A DNA stretch of 64,000 nt, from positions 96,001 to 160,000 of the forward strand of contig CAVSIV010000004.1 in NCBI GenBank assembly GCA_963728205.1, given 5' to 3'. Origin of the DNA: an uncultured Chloroflexia bacterium. GTDB taxonomy: Bacteria > Chloroflexota > Dehalococcoidia > UBA2979. The position numbers and the translations under genes are program-made. Of the stretch, positions 41,324-51,538 are shown one piece after another. Within the stretch, counting starts at the first letter, position 1. Every line of letters begins with the position of its first letter. The notes below the pieces were generated by a model that did not search any database, was not told the origin of the DNA, and saw only the letters and a list, made by a program, of their open reading frames with translations.

Positions 41324-41848
41324 ATGCCGCGCTACATCGCCGCACAGTACGGGGATCGGCGGCGCTACCTCCTCAAGGGGCTCCGTGAGATCGCCCATCG
41401 CATCGCGGAGCTCGTCGGCGACCTCGACGAGCGCCAGCTCTCCGCGCGCCCGAGCGAGCTCGACGAAGAGTGGTGCGTGAAGGAGATCGTCGGCTTCCTG
41501 CGCGACAGCGAGCGCGAGGACCTGCAGGCGATCGAGGCGATGCTCCGGCGCAACGGCGCCGCGCTGACCCCGCGACGCGCCCAGTACGGCCCCCTCGATC
41601 ACGACTACCGCTCCGCGTCCACGCACGTCGAGGAGCTGGTCTGGGACTTCCTTGCGCTGCGCGAGGAGGTGGTCTGGACGCTCCGTGGCGAGCCCGAGGC
41701 GTGGGAGCGCACCGGGCGCGACCCGGTTCGCGGCGAGGTGACGATGGTCCGCCACGTGCAGGAGATGAACGAGCGGGACCTGGACGCCATGTGGCGCATC
41801 CAGCGGATCGCGGATCACCTCGCCCCGCGGTCCCGCCGGGGCGCCTGA
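41324..41848 (+). CDS. DinB/YfiT-like protein
   Basis: W.VKEIVG.LRD.E, F.ALR and W.RTG motifs; the usual metal-binding His residues appear replaced. Confidence 0.65.
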   Translation: MPRYIAAQYGDRRRYLLKGLREIAHRIAELVGDLDERQLSARPSELDEEWCVKEIVGFLRDSEREDLQAIEAMLRRNGAALTPRRAQYGPLDHDYRSASTHVEELVWDFLALREEVVWTLRGEPEAWERTGRDPVRGEVTMVRHVQEMNERDLDAMWRIQRIADHLAPRSRRGA

Positions 41849-41873
41849 GCCGGGTGCTCGCGGCGATCGGGAG

Positions 41874-43721
41874 TCAGGCGGTCGGCGCCGCCAGCGCGTC
41901 GTCGACCGCGTGCATCAGCTGATCCGGATCCGTCAGTGCCGCTGAGCACAGGTGGCCGACACAGACGTACGCCACACGCGCTCGGTCGTGCGGCAGCCCC
42001 AGCTGGTCGAGTAGGTCGACGTCGCCGTCCCGGTAGAGGCGCTGCACGGTGCGCGACGCGAGCGGCAGGCGCAGCGCGCGCTCGAAGAGCGGGTCGGCGA
42101 CGCGGTCCGGTTCGCCGGGCGGCGTCTCCGCCACGATCTTGAACTCGGGCTCGGCGGAGAGCAGGCGATCGGCGACACGCGCGAAGTCGGCGTCGTCGGC
42201 GCCGCGTTCGCGGAATGAGCCCGCGAACTCCGCGAGGACCTGCTGCGCGGTGCGCAGGAAGCGGTCGTCGTGCGTGAGGCGCCCGAGCCACAGCAGCGCC
42301 TCGGCCATCGCGGCGTTGTCGACGACGGGCTTGCGGCCCTCGGCCAGCAGGCCGGTCGTGTCGTGCTGTTCGGCCGTGTCCCAGAACGCCCCCGCCGGAT
42401 CGCGCCACTCGCGTTCGACGATGCGCGCGAGGTTGCGCGCCTGGTCGAGGTACGCCTGCGCCCCTGTGACCTCGTACGCGTGCAGCAGCGCGAGCAACAT
42501 CTGCGCCTGGTCGGCGAGCAGGCCGAGCGTGTGCGCGGCGCCACCCTCCCAGACGTGGTACATGCCGGCTTCGCCGGCCCGCATGTTCGACGCCAGGAAG
42601 TCGACCGCGACGCAGCCGCGCTCGACCCAGTCGTGCCGCTGGAAGGCAATCCCGCACTGGATCAGGCCGCGAGCGAGGGCAGCGGTTGACGCCGTGTAAA
42701 CGCGACGGTCGACCTCGGGCGAGCCGTGCGCCGAGCGGCCGGCTTCGTCCTTCGCGTAGTAGGCGGGGTCGGCGTCCTGCGCGGCGTGGAAGCCGCCGCT
42801 GGCCTCGCCGAGCACGCGCGTGAGGTACCCGATCGTCTGCTCGACGACAGGCATCGCCCACTCGCGGGCGTCCTCGTCGACCAGCGCGAGCTCGCCGAGC
42901 GCCAGCAGCAGGCCGCCCTGGTCGCGCGCGCGCTTCTCGAACTCCGGCTCACCCCAGTCCGCGCGGCCCGCCGCGCGGAAGAAGCCGCCCTCGGTCGCGT
43001 CGTACAGCGCGCTGCGCGTCAGCTCGTTGAGCGTGAAGCGCGCGTGCGCGAGCGCGCCGGTGTCGCCGCGGCGGCGGTGCGCGTAGAGGAGGAGTCGCAG
43101 CGCGCCGGGGTCGGTCAGCTTGCGCGCGTCGCCCTCGGCCGGCGCGACCGCATCGGCCGCCGGCTCCGGGTGGAAGCCGCCGTGCTCCCGGTCGTAGCGC
43201 TGCTCGAGCGCCGCCAGTGCGGCGTCCAGGGACTCCGGCGTGAGGTATCCGCCCGTCGTGGCGAGCATCAGCCCCTGGTGCCGGCGCGTCCGCTCCGCCT
43301 CGATATCCTCGGCGATCACCGCGCGCTCCGCCCGCCACCGCGCGCCCACGCGCTCGAGCAGCTCGAGCATGGCGTCGGGGCGCAGGAACCGCGCGGCGGT
43401 GATCACGTCGCCGTCGGCGGTGAGGATGGCCGTCGTCGGCCAGCCACCGGCGTTGTATCGCGCATCAAGATCCGGGCGCTCGTCGGCGTCCACGCGGACC
43501 GGCACGAACTCGCGAGTGAGCAGATCAATCACGCGGTCGTCGGAGTACGTCGTTTCGTCCATCGCGTGGCACCAGTACGACCACGAGGCCGAGATCGCGA
43601 GCAGCACCGGCCGGTCGCTCTCGCGCGCACGCGCGAGCGCGTCGGCGCCCCATTCCAGCCACGGAATGGCCTCCGCGCGGTTGGGGCGCGGCGAGAAGTG
43701 GAATAGGTTGGGCTGCGTCAT
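41874..43721 (-). CDS. Thioredoxin-domain (DUF255/YyaL/SPATA20-like) protein
   Basis: I.W.EWG, W..WCH.M..TTY, VD.DERPDLD, GGWPTT, GGFFR, FEK...DQ and AYVC...CS motifs. Confidence 0.88.
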   Translation of the reverse strand: MTQPNLFHFSPRPNRAEAIPWLEWGADALARARESDRPVLLAISASWSYWCHAMDETTYSDDRVIDLLTREFVPVRVDADERPDLDARYNAGGWPTTAILTADGDVITAARFLRPDAMLELLERVGARWRAERAVIAEDIEAERTRRHQGLMLATTGGYLTPESLDAALAALEQRYDREHGGFHPEPAADAVAPAEGDARKLTDPGALRLLLYAHRRRGDTGALAHARFTLNELTRSALYDATEGGFFRAAGRADWGEPEFEKRARDQGGLLLALGELALVDEDAREWAMPVVEQTIGYLTRVLGEASGGFHAAQDADPAYYAKDEAGRSAHGSPEVDRRVYTASTAALARGLIQCGIAFQRHDWVERGCVAVDFLASNMRAGEAGMYHVWEGGAAHTLGLLADQAQMLLALLHAYEVTGAQAYLDQARNLARIVEREWRDPAGAFWDTAEQHDTTGLLAEGRKPVVDNAAMAEALLWLGRLTHDDRFLRTAQQVLAEFAGSFRERGADDADFARVADRLLSAEPEFKIVAETPPGEPDRVADPLFERALRLPLASRTVQRLYRDGDVDLLDQLGLPHDRARVAYVCVGHLCSAALTDPDQLMHAVDDALAAPTA

Positions 43722-43875
43722 CACGAGCAGACCTCCGTCGTCCCCGCCTCTCGATCGTAACAGGGGGAGGCCGTGCGAGCGCGGGCCATCATTCCCATTG
43801 TGGTAGGACCAACGGCACGCTGGCGATGCGGGATGCCCCGATGCCGCCCGCACCGCGGCGCGGGGCGCGGTGGCG

Positions 43876-45777
43876 CTACGCCTCGGCGGCGCGCCGCACC
43901 ATCTCGGCCGCGACTTCGTAGCGGCCGAACGACGGCATGATGTAGATGCCGGAGACGAACTCGAGCGCGCGCGTCTCGGCAACGTGCTCGAGCGCGATCT
44001 CGATCCCGGCGGCGACGCCCTGCTCGCCGGCGGCGCGCATCCGCGCGCGGATCGCCGCCGGGACCGTCACGCCGGCGAGCTCGTTGTGGATGAACTCCGC
44101 GTGCCGCGAGGACATCAGGGGCAGCACTCCGAGCAGCACCGGCACGTCGACCGGGCCCAGCGCGTCGAAGAACGCGTGGACGGTCGCGGCGTCGTAGACG
44201 GGCTGCGTCATCAGCAGGTCGGCGCCGGCGTCCAGCTTCGCGCGCACGCGGCGCAGCTCGAGCGCGACGTCCTCGGCGGTGGGGTTCGCGGCGCAGGCGA
44301 CGAAGAAGTCGGTCGCGCGGCCAATCGAGTTGCCGCTGAAGTCGACGCCCTCGTTCAGTCGCTTGAGGACGCGGATGAAGCCGATCGAGTCGACGTCCCA
44401 GACGGCGGATGAGCGCGAGGCCTCGGATGGTGGGTCGCCGGTGAGCGCGATGATGTTGCGGATGCCGAGCGCGTAGGCGCCCAGCAGGTCCGACTGCAGC
44501 GCCATCAGGTTCCGGTCGCGCGTGGTCTGGTGGATGATCGTCTCGATCCCCACCTGCTGCTGGATCTGCACGGCGAGCGAGAGCGCGCTCATGCGCACGC
44601 GCGCCATCGGCGAGTCGCCGATGTTGATCGCGTCGGCGCCGGCGTCGCGCAGCTCGCGCGCGCCCTGGATCGCCTTGCGCGGGTTCACGCCGCGGGGCGG
44701 GTCGATCTCGACGGAGATCACGAACTTGCCGGCGGCGAGCTTCTCGCGCAGCAGCGGCGTCTCGTGGGCGGCCGCGGGCTCACGCGGCTCGGGCGGCCCC
44801 TCCGCGGCGGCCATCGCGCCGCGCGTGTCGACGGCCTCGCCGACCGGCGCGGCTACCCGGTCGCCGACCTCGACGACGCCGGCGCCGGAGAGCGCCGCGC
44901 GCATCGCCGCGACGTGCGCCGGGGTGGTGCCGCAGCAACCGCCGACGAAGGCGGCGCCGAGGTCCTTCGCGCGCAACGCGAAGTCGGCGAGGTACTCGGG
45001 CGTCGACGGGTAGACGAGGTCGCCGCCGGCGACGCGCGGCATGCCGGCGTTCGGCTTCACCGCGAGCGGCGCAAGCTCCGGGTGCCCGGCGAGCTGCTGC
45101 ATGATGTCGAGCGCCGCCTGCGGGCCGACACCGCAGTTCACGCCGACGAGGTCGGCGCCGGCCGCGGTCAGCGCGCGCGCGCCGTCGAGCAGCGACTCGC
45201 CGGAGACCGTCGTCAGCCCCGCGGTGAAGTTCAGCATCGCAATCGCGGGAAGATCGCAAAGGCGTCGCGCGACGCCCAGCGCGGCGAGCGCCTCCGCCAG
45301 CGACGGCATCGTCTCGATCACGACCAGGTCGACGCCGCCCTCCAGCAGCGCGCCGATCTGCTCCTCGAACGCCGCCTCCGCGTCCCCGAGCGTAATTGCG
45401 CCGATCGCGAGATCGCGTCCCACCGGGCCGACCGAGCCCGCGACGAAGACGGGGCTGCCCTGGATCTCGCGCGCGTCGCGGGCGAGCCGCGCGGCCTGGA
45501 AGTTCGCCTCGCGGACGCGGTCGGCGAGGCCGTCGCGCCGCATCAGGTAGCGGTTCGCGGTGAAGGTGTTCGTGAGCAGGAGGTCGGCGCCCGCGGCGAT
45601 GTAGTCCTCGTGCAGCCGGCGCACGAGATCGGGCTGTTCGAGCACGGCCAGGTCATTGCGACCGTGCCACCCGCGCTGGCGGAGCGCGGTTCCGGTGGCG
45701 CCGTCGCCCAGCACCACGCCGTGCTCGACGGCACGGAGGAACGGGTGCGTCAGGCGCGTGGATGACGTAGGCGGCAC
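43876..45777 (-). CDS. Bifunctional homocysteine S-methyltransferase / methylenetetrahydrofolate reductase (YitJ-like)
   Basis: DGA.GT, TNTF.AN, GVNC, PNAG.P and GGCCGTTP motifs, then VEIDPP, RDRNL, LTGDP and TQPVY. Confidence 0.92.
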   Translation of the reverse strand: MPPTSSTRLTHPFLRAVEHGVVLGDGATGTALRQRGWHGRNDLAVLEQPDLVRRLHEDYIAAGADLLLTNTFTANRYLMRRDGLADRVREANFQAARLARDAREIQGSPVFVAGSVGPVGRDLAIGAITLGDAEAAFEEQIGALLEGGVDLVVIETMPSLAEALAALGVARRLCDLPAIAMLNFTAGLTTVSGESLLDGARALTAAGADLVGVNCGVGPQAALDIMQQLAGHPELAPLAVKPNAGMPRVAGGDLVYPSTPEYLADFALRAKDLGAAFVGGCCGTTPAHVAAMRAALSGAGVVEVGDRVAAPVGEAVDTRGAMAAAEGPPEPREPAAAHETPLLREKLAAGKFVISVEIDPPRGVNPRKAIQGARELRDAGADAINIGDSPMARVRMSALSLAVQIQQQVGIETIIHQTTRDRNLMALQSDLLGAYALGIRNIIALTGDPPSEASRSSAVWDVDSIGFIRVLKRLNEGVDFSGNSIGRATDFFVACAANPTAEDVALELRRVRAKLDAGADLLMTQPVYDAATVHAFFDALGPVDVPVLLGVLPLMSSRHAEFIHNELAGVTVPAAIRARMRAAGEQGVAAGIEIALEHVAETRALEFVSGIYIMPSFGRYEVAAEMVRRAAEA

Positions 45778-45796
45778 GGGCGCGACCTCGGAGCCT

Positions 45797-46210
45797 TCAG
45801 GATGCGTGCGAGTCGCGCGAGCGCAGCACGAGCCACGCGAGCAGGATCAGGACGACCCACACGGGGAGCGAGAAGCGCGTGATGTGGAAGCTCGCGATGC
45901 TGAACCACGCGAAGCCGCTGGCGATCACCACCACGAGGAGGATCGCGAGCAGCACGAGCAGCGCCTGCCCCGAGCGCGGGCCGGCCGGGCCGGCCGCGCC
46001 GGCGGCCGGCGCATCCCCGCGCGGCTCCGGCATCACGATCCAGAGCACGATGTATGCCACCAGGGCGCCGCCGCCGAGCAGGGCCAGGGCGACGAATGCG
46101 AGGCGCACGAGCGTGGGGTCGAGATCGAAGTACTCCGCGATGCCCGCTGCGACGCCCGCCACCTTGCGATCGTGGCTGCGGGTCAGGCGCCGCGGGGGGG
46201 TGTCGGCCAT
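45797..46210 (-). CDS. PspC domain membrane protein
   Basis: LTRS.DRKVAGVAAGIAEYFDLDPTLVRL...YIVLWIVMP. Confidence 0.88.
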   Translation of the reverse strand: MADTPPRRLTRSHDRKVAGVAAGIAEYFDLDPTLVRLAFVALALLGGGALVAYIVLWIVMPEPRGDAPAAGAAGPAGPRSGQALLVLLAILLVVVIASGFAWFSIASFHITRFSLPVWVVLILLAWLVLRSRDSHAS

Positions 46211-46272
46211 ACACGCATGGTAGCGGAGCCGGGGCGCAGCCTCGACCGCCGCCGCCGCGCGCACCGGCCGGC

Positions 46273-46728
46273 TCAGGCCGGCTGCGCCGCGCGCTCGCGG
46301 AGCAGTCGCTCAATCGTCGCGTAGTCCGCGTCCGAGATCTTGTGCAGGTTGCCGCGAAACGCCATGCCCAGCTTCTTCGGGCCGAGCTTCCGCGTCTTGT
46401 CCAGCAGGTCGGTGATCTCTCGCACGTCGATGTACTCGCCCGCGGGCGGCACGACCACCGGCTTCGTCGTGATGCGGTAGGGGAAGTCCTCGTCGGGCTT
46501 GCCCTCCGATGCGAGTCCGATGTCCTTGTGGTCCTCGTACGCCTCGCCCGTCACCTCGACGATGCCGCCGAACTCGACGACGCCGGTGAGATAGAAGACG
46601 AGCCGGTCGCCGGGCGCCATCTGGCTCGACTCGCGACGGCGGCTGGACTTGAACGCGCAGACGTCGAATCCGCGCTCGCGTAGGACTTCGAAGTTGTCGG
46701 GCGAGCCGACCACGATCCAGGGCTGCAT
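46273..46728 (-). CDS. EVE (PUA-like) domain protein
   Basis: WI.VGSPDNF, M.PGD.LVFY, FPYR and IS..DY motifs. Confidence 0.75.
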   Translation of the reverse strand: MQPWIVVGSPDNFEVLRERGFDVCAFKSSRRRESSQMAPGDRLVFYLTGVVEFGGIVEVTGEAYEDHKDIGLASEGKPDEDFPYRITTKPVVVPPAGEYIDVREITDLLDKTRKLGPKKLGMAFRGNLHKISDADYATIERLLRERAAQPA

Positions 46729-46801
46729 CGCACCCTCCCTCCGGGGAAGCAGGGTCAGGATATCGGAGCGCGGGCGCGACGGCGCAACGACAGGGGAAAC
46801 A

Positions 46802-46829
46802 ACGGGGCCCCGCTCGAGCGGGGCCCCGT
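46802..46829 (-). terminator. Intrinsic terminator after iscA
   Basis: ACGGGGCCCC...GGGGCCCCGT inverted repeat followed by TGTTT on the minus strand. Confidence 0.7.
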
Positions 46830-46852
46830 GTGCGTTCGGGCGGGTGGTGGCG

Positions 46853-47284
46853 CTACGCGCAGGGGCGCGGCGTGCCGGGGTTCGCGGCGGTCTGGAACGA
46901 CGAGCCGCACGCGCAGGAGGAGACGGCGTTCGGGTTGTAGATCGTGAAGCCGGCCTTCATCAGGTCCTCGACGTAGTCGATCTCGGCGCCCTGGATCATG
47001 GACACGGAGTCGGAATCGACGACGACGCGCACGCCGCTGCCGGCGTCCACGATGCGGTCGTCGGCGTCGGCCTCGTCGGCGATTGCCATGCCGTACTGGT
47101 AGCCGGAGCAGCCCCCGCCGACGACGAAGACGCGGAGCATGCCTTCGGCGTGCCCACGGTCGGCGAGGAGTTGCTTTGCGCGGCCGGCGGCGCGCTCCGT
47201 GATCGAGACAAGACTGCCAGCGACCTCGGGCTCAGGAGCCGCCTGCCGGGTGATCGGCGCGCCCATGCCGGGAATGCTCGTCAT
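46853..47284 (-). CDS. A-type Fe-S carrier (IscA/ErpA/HesB)
   Basis: GGGCSGYQY, IDY and NPNA..SCACGSSF motifs. Confidence 0.93.
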   Translation of the reverse strand: MTSIPGMGAPITRQAAPEPEVAGSLVSITERAAGRAKQLLADRGHAEGMLRVFVVGGGCSGYQYGMAIADEADADDRIVDAGSGVRVVVDSDSVSMIQGAEIDYVEDLMKAGFTIYNPNAVSSCACGSSFQTAANPGTPRPCA

Positions 47285-47452
47285 CTGTAGCCGCCCTTCG
47301 GTCAAGTGTTCGGTCTGCTCAGCCGATGCCATCGCACGTCGGCCGCGACCGTCCCATTATACGGTGCGCCGCCCATCCGTCGAATTGCGCAGCCGCGGGT
47401 TCGCTTTCTACGCGGATCGCGCGCACTCCCACGGCGGCCGGCCGCCGGCGCG

Positions 47453-48154
47453 CTACGCGCCCTCAGGCGCCCCGCCGTCGCGCACCACGTACCCGCAGAG
47501 GAACTCGTGGGGAATCTCGTCGGGAGGGAGCAGCGCGACGGACGCGCGGAGCACATGCTCGAGCATCCGCCGGTCGTGATCGCAGGCCTGATCGGCGACG
47601 CCGGCGGCGCCGAGGCGCGTGCACGGGCAGCCGCGGCCGAAGAGCCGCACCTCCGTCGCGCCGTCCGCCCGCTCCGCCTCCGTGACCTCGAAGTCGATGC
47701 CCTCGTCGCGAATCAGCGCCACGGCGGAGCGTGCGCGAGCGGCGAGCGTGTCGCCACTCACGAGCGGCGCGTACTCGTGCGCGATGCGCTCGGACATCTT
47801 CTCGAACACGAGGTTCGCGATCTCGCCGCCCGCGCGCCCGGCGGTCTCGCCGGGGCCGAGCGCAACGATCTCCTCGAGCAGGCGATGCGTGAGGCGCACG
47901 TAGTGGTGGGGAAAGAGCTCTTCGCCGGACTCGGTCAGCGAGAAGAGGTGACGCGGGCGCCCCGTGCGTCCGCGCGCCTGCGTGACACCGACGTAGCTAT
48001 CGCGAAGGAGCACGTCGAGGTGGCGACGGACGGTCGCGCCGGTGAGATCGAGCTCGCGGGCCAGCTCGTCGACGGAGACGCCGCCGCCCCGCCGCCGCAG
48101 GATGTTGAGGATCTCCTGGCGCGTGCCCTCGATCCGGCCGCCGATGGTGGTCAT
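47453..48154 (-). CDS. Second SufR-like wHTH regulator
   Basis: VRRHLD.L...GRP...F.LT..G...FP..Y and GCPC...C..D...C.Y motifs; upstream of iscA. Confidence 0.8.
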   Translation of the reverse strand: MTTIGGRIEGTRQEILNILRRRGGGVSVDELARELDLTGATVRRHLDVLLRDSYVGVTQARGRTGRPRHLFSLTESGEELFPHHYVRLTHRLLEEIVALGPGETAGRAGGEIANLVFEKMSERIAHEYAPLVSGDTLAARARSAVALIRDEGIDFEVTEAERADGATEVRLFGRGCPCTRLGAAGVADQACDHDRRMLEHVLRASVALLPPDEIPHEFLCGYVVRDGGAPEGA

Positions 48155-48220
48155 CGTGCTCAGGATAGCAGGTTTCTCGACTTTAGCAGCGAATAACGTG
48201 CAAAAGTGGGCACGGGGCGG

Positions 48221-48703
48221 TCACTCCCCGGGGCACGCGGCGCGCGCTGCCCAGCTTCCGGGCCGCGTCCAATCGACGTTGCCGGGGGGAGTGAGCAGTG
48301 CCGCCATGCCTGCCGCCACGACGGTGAGGACGCAGGCGACGGTCGCGCCGAAGAGTCCCCAGGTCGCCGTCGTCGGCACGCCCACGTTCGCGGTCGTCGC
48401 AATCATTCGCCAGTACCCGGCGCACATCACGAGCACATAGGCGGCAGAGCCGGCGGCGACTGCGAGCGGCCACCGCCGCTCCGCGATACCCGCGTACCAC
48501 GCCACGAACATCGCGAGGACGACGGCGCCGATCACGATACCCGCGACGGGCGCCTCCAGATCGAGATCGGTCACGATAGGTCCATCGCTGCGGATCAGCC
48601 AGGCGTCGTTCAAGAAGCCAGCGCAGAACAGGAGCACGCCGCAGCCCGCGCCGACGACGAAGACGGCATGGTGTGCCGGGGTACGGAAGCGGGGACGCCG
48701 CAT
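48221..48703 (-). CDS. Hypothetical 4-TM membrane protein
   Basis: Four hydrophobic segments in the C-terminal part of the long shadow ORF; fills the gap between two real genes. Confidence 0.45.
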   Translation of the reverse strand: MRRPRFRTPAHHAVFVVGAGCGVLLFCAGFLNDAWLIRSDGPIVTDLDLEAPVAGIVIGAVVLAMFVAWYAGIAERRWPLAVAAGSAAYVLVMCAGYWRMIATTANVGVPTTATWGLFGATVACVLTVVAAGMAALLTPPGNVDWTRPGSWAARAACPGE

Positions 48704-48751
48704 GAGCCCGAGTCTAGACCGGCGCGGCCGGGCCCGGGGTATGCTCGCTGC

Positions 48752-50050
48752 GTGACGTCGACACCGCCCCCGCACTCGCCCCGCACCGCGAACGGCGACC
48801 TCCAGCACGGCCGCTCCGCGCCCTCCGAGCGCGTCTATCTCGACCATGCGGCGACCACGCCGCCCGACCCCGCGGTCGTCGACTCCATGCTCCCTTACCT
48901 GCGCGAGCACTGGCACAACCCCTCGTCGATCTACGTGGAGGCGCAGCGGGCCGCGCAGGCGCTCGACGAGTCGCGTGCGACCGTAGCGCGCGCCATTGGC
49001 GCCGCGCCGGACGAGATCGTGTTCACCTCGGGCGGCTCGGAGTCGGACAGCCTCGCGTTGCGCGGCGTGCTCGCGGCGGCGGCGCGGCGGGGTCGGCACC
49101 TCGTCACCACCACGGTCGAGCACCACGCCGTGCTCGACACCGTCGAGCAGCTCGAGCGGGACGGCGCGGCCGAGGTCACGCGCGTGCCGGTCGGCGCGGA
49201 CGGCCGCGTCGACCCCTCCGCCGTCGAGGCGGCGGTGCGCGACGACACCGTGCTCGTCTCGGTGATGCACGCGAACAACGAGGTCGGCGCCGTCAACGAC
49301 CTCGCCGAGATCGCGCGGCGCGTGCACGCGCGCAACCCGCGCATCGCGGTGCACACGGACGCCGTGCAGTCCGCCGCGCACCTCGGCGTGCACGTCGACC
49401 GACTCGGCGTCGACCTGCTGACCTTCACCGCGCACAAGCTCTACGGCCCGCGCGGCGCGGGCGCGCTCTACGTGCGCGCCGGCACGCCGCTCGCCGCGCA
49501 GATCATCGGCGGCGGCCAGGAGCGCCGGCTGCGCGCCGGCACCGAGAACACGCCGGCCATTGTCGGCTTCGCGACGGCGGTTGCGCTCGCGGCCGAGCGG
49601 CGCGAGGCGGACCTCGCGCACGAGCGCGCGCTGCAGGCGCGGCTGATCGACGAGCTGCCGCGGCGCGTGCCGCTGGTCGGCATCACGGGCCCGCGCGGCG
49701 TCGACGACCGCCTGCCCGGCAACGTCTCGTGCGTGGTCGCCTTCGTCGAGGGCGAGTCGATCCTGCTCGCGCTCGACCTCGCCGGCGTGGCTGCGTCGTC
49801 GGGCTCGGCGTGCACGACGGGCTCCGTCGAGCCGAGCCACGTGCTCGTCGCGATGGGCCTGCCGGCGGAGCTCGCGCGCGGCTCGCTGCGCTTCACGCTC
49901 GGCCGCCAGAACACCGACGCCGACATCGACCGCCTGCTGGCGGTGCTGCCGCCCATCGTCGCGCGGCTCCGCGCGCTCTCGCCGGTGCCCACGACGGAGG
50001 CCCCGCCCGAGTACGCGCCGTGGCTCGACCGTGCAGGCGCGCCGCGCTAA
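48752..50050 (+). CDS. iscS: Cysteine desulfurase IscS/NifS type
   Basis: YLDHAATTP, FTSGGSE, ANNEVG, AHKLYGP and SSGSAC (type I) motifs. Confidence 0.92.
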   Translation: MTSTPPPHSPRTANGDLQHGRSAPSERVYLDHAATTPPDPAVVDSMLPYLREHWHNPSSIYVEAQRAAQALDESRATVARAIGAAPDEIVFTSGGSESDSLALRGVLAAAARRGRHLVTTTVEHHAVLDTVEQLERDGAAEVTRVPVGADGRVDPSAVEAAVRDDTVLVSVMHANNEVGAVNDLAEIARRVHARNPRIAVHTDAVQSAAHLGVHVDRLGVDLLTFTAHKLYGPRGAGALYVRAGTPLAAQIIGGGQERRLRAGTENTPAIVGFATAVALAAERREADLAHERALQARLIDELPRRVPLVGITGPRGVDDRLPGNVSCVVAFVEGESILLALDLAGVAASSGSACTTGSVEPSHVLVAMGLPAELARGSLRFTLGRQNTDADIDRLLAVLPPIVARLRALSPVPTTEAPPEYAPWLDRAGAPR

Positions 50051-50197
50051 CTTGCTGCGCGACGCCCCCGAGCGCCGGCTCGCACGCGGCGGCGCGTGAC
50101 CGCGAGCCCGCGCGCCGGGGTACGATCCGGGGGACGGTCGCGCACCTCGCGACCGCGCCGCCCCGGGCGGCATCGTGCGAGAAGCGGGGACTGCCTC

Positions 50198-50896
50198 ATG
50201 ACCACCGCCCCCAACGTCGGGCTCGGCAACCCGGCCCTCGGCCGCATCCGCGACACCACCTCCGTCGAGGAGGAGATCCGCAAGAACGTCCTCGTGACGT
50301 CGGTCGACGGGCTCCTGAACTGGGCCCGCTCGTCGTCGCTGTGGCCCGCAACCTTCGGGCTCGCCTGCTGCGCCATCGAGATGATCGCCTCGGCGGCCTC
50401 GCGCTACGACATCGCGCGCTTCGGCTCGGAGGTCTTCCGCGCGTCGCCGCGCCAGGCCGACCTGATGATCGTGGCCGGCACGGTGACATGGAAGATGTCC
50501 CCGGTGCTGCGCCGCATCTACATGCAGATGCCCGACCCGAAGTGGGTGATCTCGATGGGCGGCTGCGCGACGATGGGCGGCCCCTTCGCCTTCGCGTACT
50601 CGGTGCTGCCGGGCGTGAACCTCGTCGCGCCGGTCGACGTCTACGTGCCGGGCTGCCCGCCGCGGCCGGAGTCGCTGCTGCAGGGCCTGATGATGCTGCA
50701 GGAGAAGATCCGGCACTTCGAGGTCACCGGTCAGCGCGCGCGCCCCGAGCCGAACGGCGACTTCTCGCCGTACCTGCCCGAGGGCGATCCGATCCGCAGG
50801 GAGCTCGAGTCGCTGTTCCCGCCGTTCGAGGGGCTCAACGACCCGTCGCGCCGCACCGGGGGCGTCCCGCTCAGCGATCTCATCGAGCACCAGTAG
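50198..50896 (+). CDS. nuoB: NADH-quinone oxidoreductase subunit B (stand-alone)
   Basis: [25 protein letters not shown] and [10 protein letters not shown] motifs. Confidence 0.92.
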   Translation: MTTAPNVGLGNPALGRIRDTTSVEEEIRKNVLVTSVDGLLNWARSSSLWPATFGLACCAIEMIASAASRYDIARFGSEVFRASPRQADLMIVAGTVTWKMSPVLRRIYMQMPDPKWVISMGGCATMGGPFAFAYSVLPGVNLVAPVDVYVPGCPPRPESLLQGLMMLQEKIRHFEVTGQRARPEPNGDFSPYLPEGDPIRRELESLFPPFEGLNDPSRRTGGVPLSDLIEHQ

Positions 50897-51076
50897 CGGC
50901 CTCTCCCGCGCTGTCGCGTTCGCGCGAATGCTTCGAGCCCCGCTGGTCGGGGCTCGTATCCTTGATCCGCGGTCGCGCGGCGGCGGTCCCCGATTTGACA
51001 CGGTCGAGGCTCGTGGCGAACATCGCCCGCGGCCCAGGCGGCAAAACGGTATGTGGCTAGCTGCGAGGAGAGCCCC

Positions 51077-51511
51077 GTGAAGATTCGAAGCGCCTTCGAA
51101 GCCTTGATCCGGCCGAGCGAGGTCGGCTACGCGCACTGCGACCTGCCCTGCGGCGTGTACGACCCCGCGCAGGCGCGCATCGAGGCCGAGTCCGTGAAGG
51201 CGATCCAAGAGCGCTACCAGAACGCCGAGAGCGCGAAGAGCGCGGCCGAGACGGTGGACGACTACCGCGGCCGCTGCGTCTCGATCAAGGAGCAGCGCGC
51301 GCACATCGTGAAGGAGCACCTGTGGGTGCTCTGGACCGACTACTTCAAGCCGAACCACCTCGAGAAGTACCCGCAGCTGCACGAGCTGTTCTGGAACGCG
51401 ACGAAGGAAGCCGGCCTGGCGAAGAAGTCCGAGGACCCCGCGCAGGGCCAGAAGCTGCTCGACCTGATCGGCGAGATCGACAAGATCTTCTGGGAGACGA
51501 AGAAGGCCTAG
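51077..51511 (+). CDS. sodN: Nickel superoxide dismutase precursor
   Basis: Ni-hook AHCDLPCGVYDP; LWTDYFK and IFWETK motifs. Confidence 0.95.
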   Translation: MKIRSAFEALIRPSEVGYAHCDLPCGVYDPAQARIEAESVKAIQERYQNAESAKSAAETVDDYRGRCVSIKEQRAHIVKEHLWVLWTDYFKPNHLEKYPQLHELFWNATKEAGLAKKSEDPAQGQKLLDLIGEIDKIFWETKKA

Positions 51512-51538
51512 TCCCGCTCCGCGCGGCGCTCCCATCCC

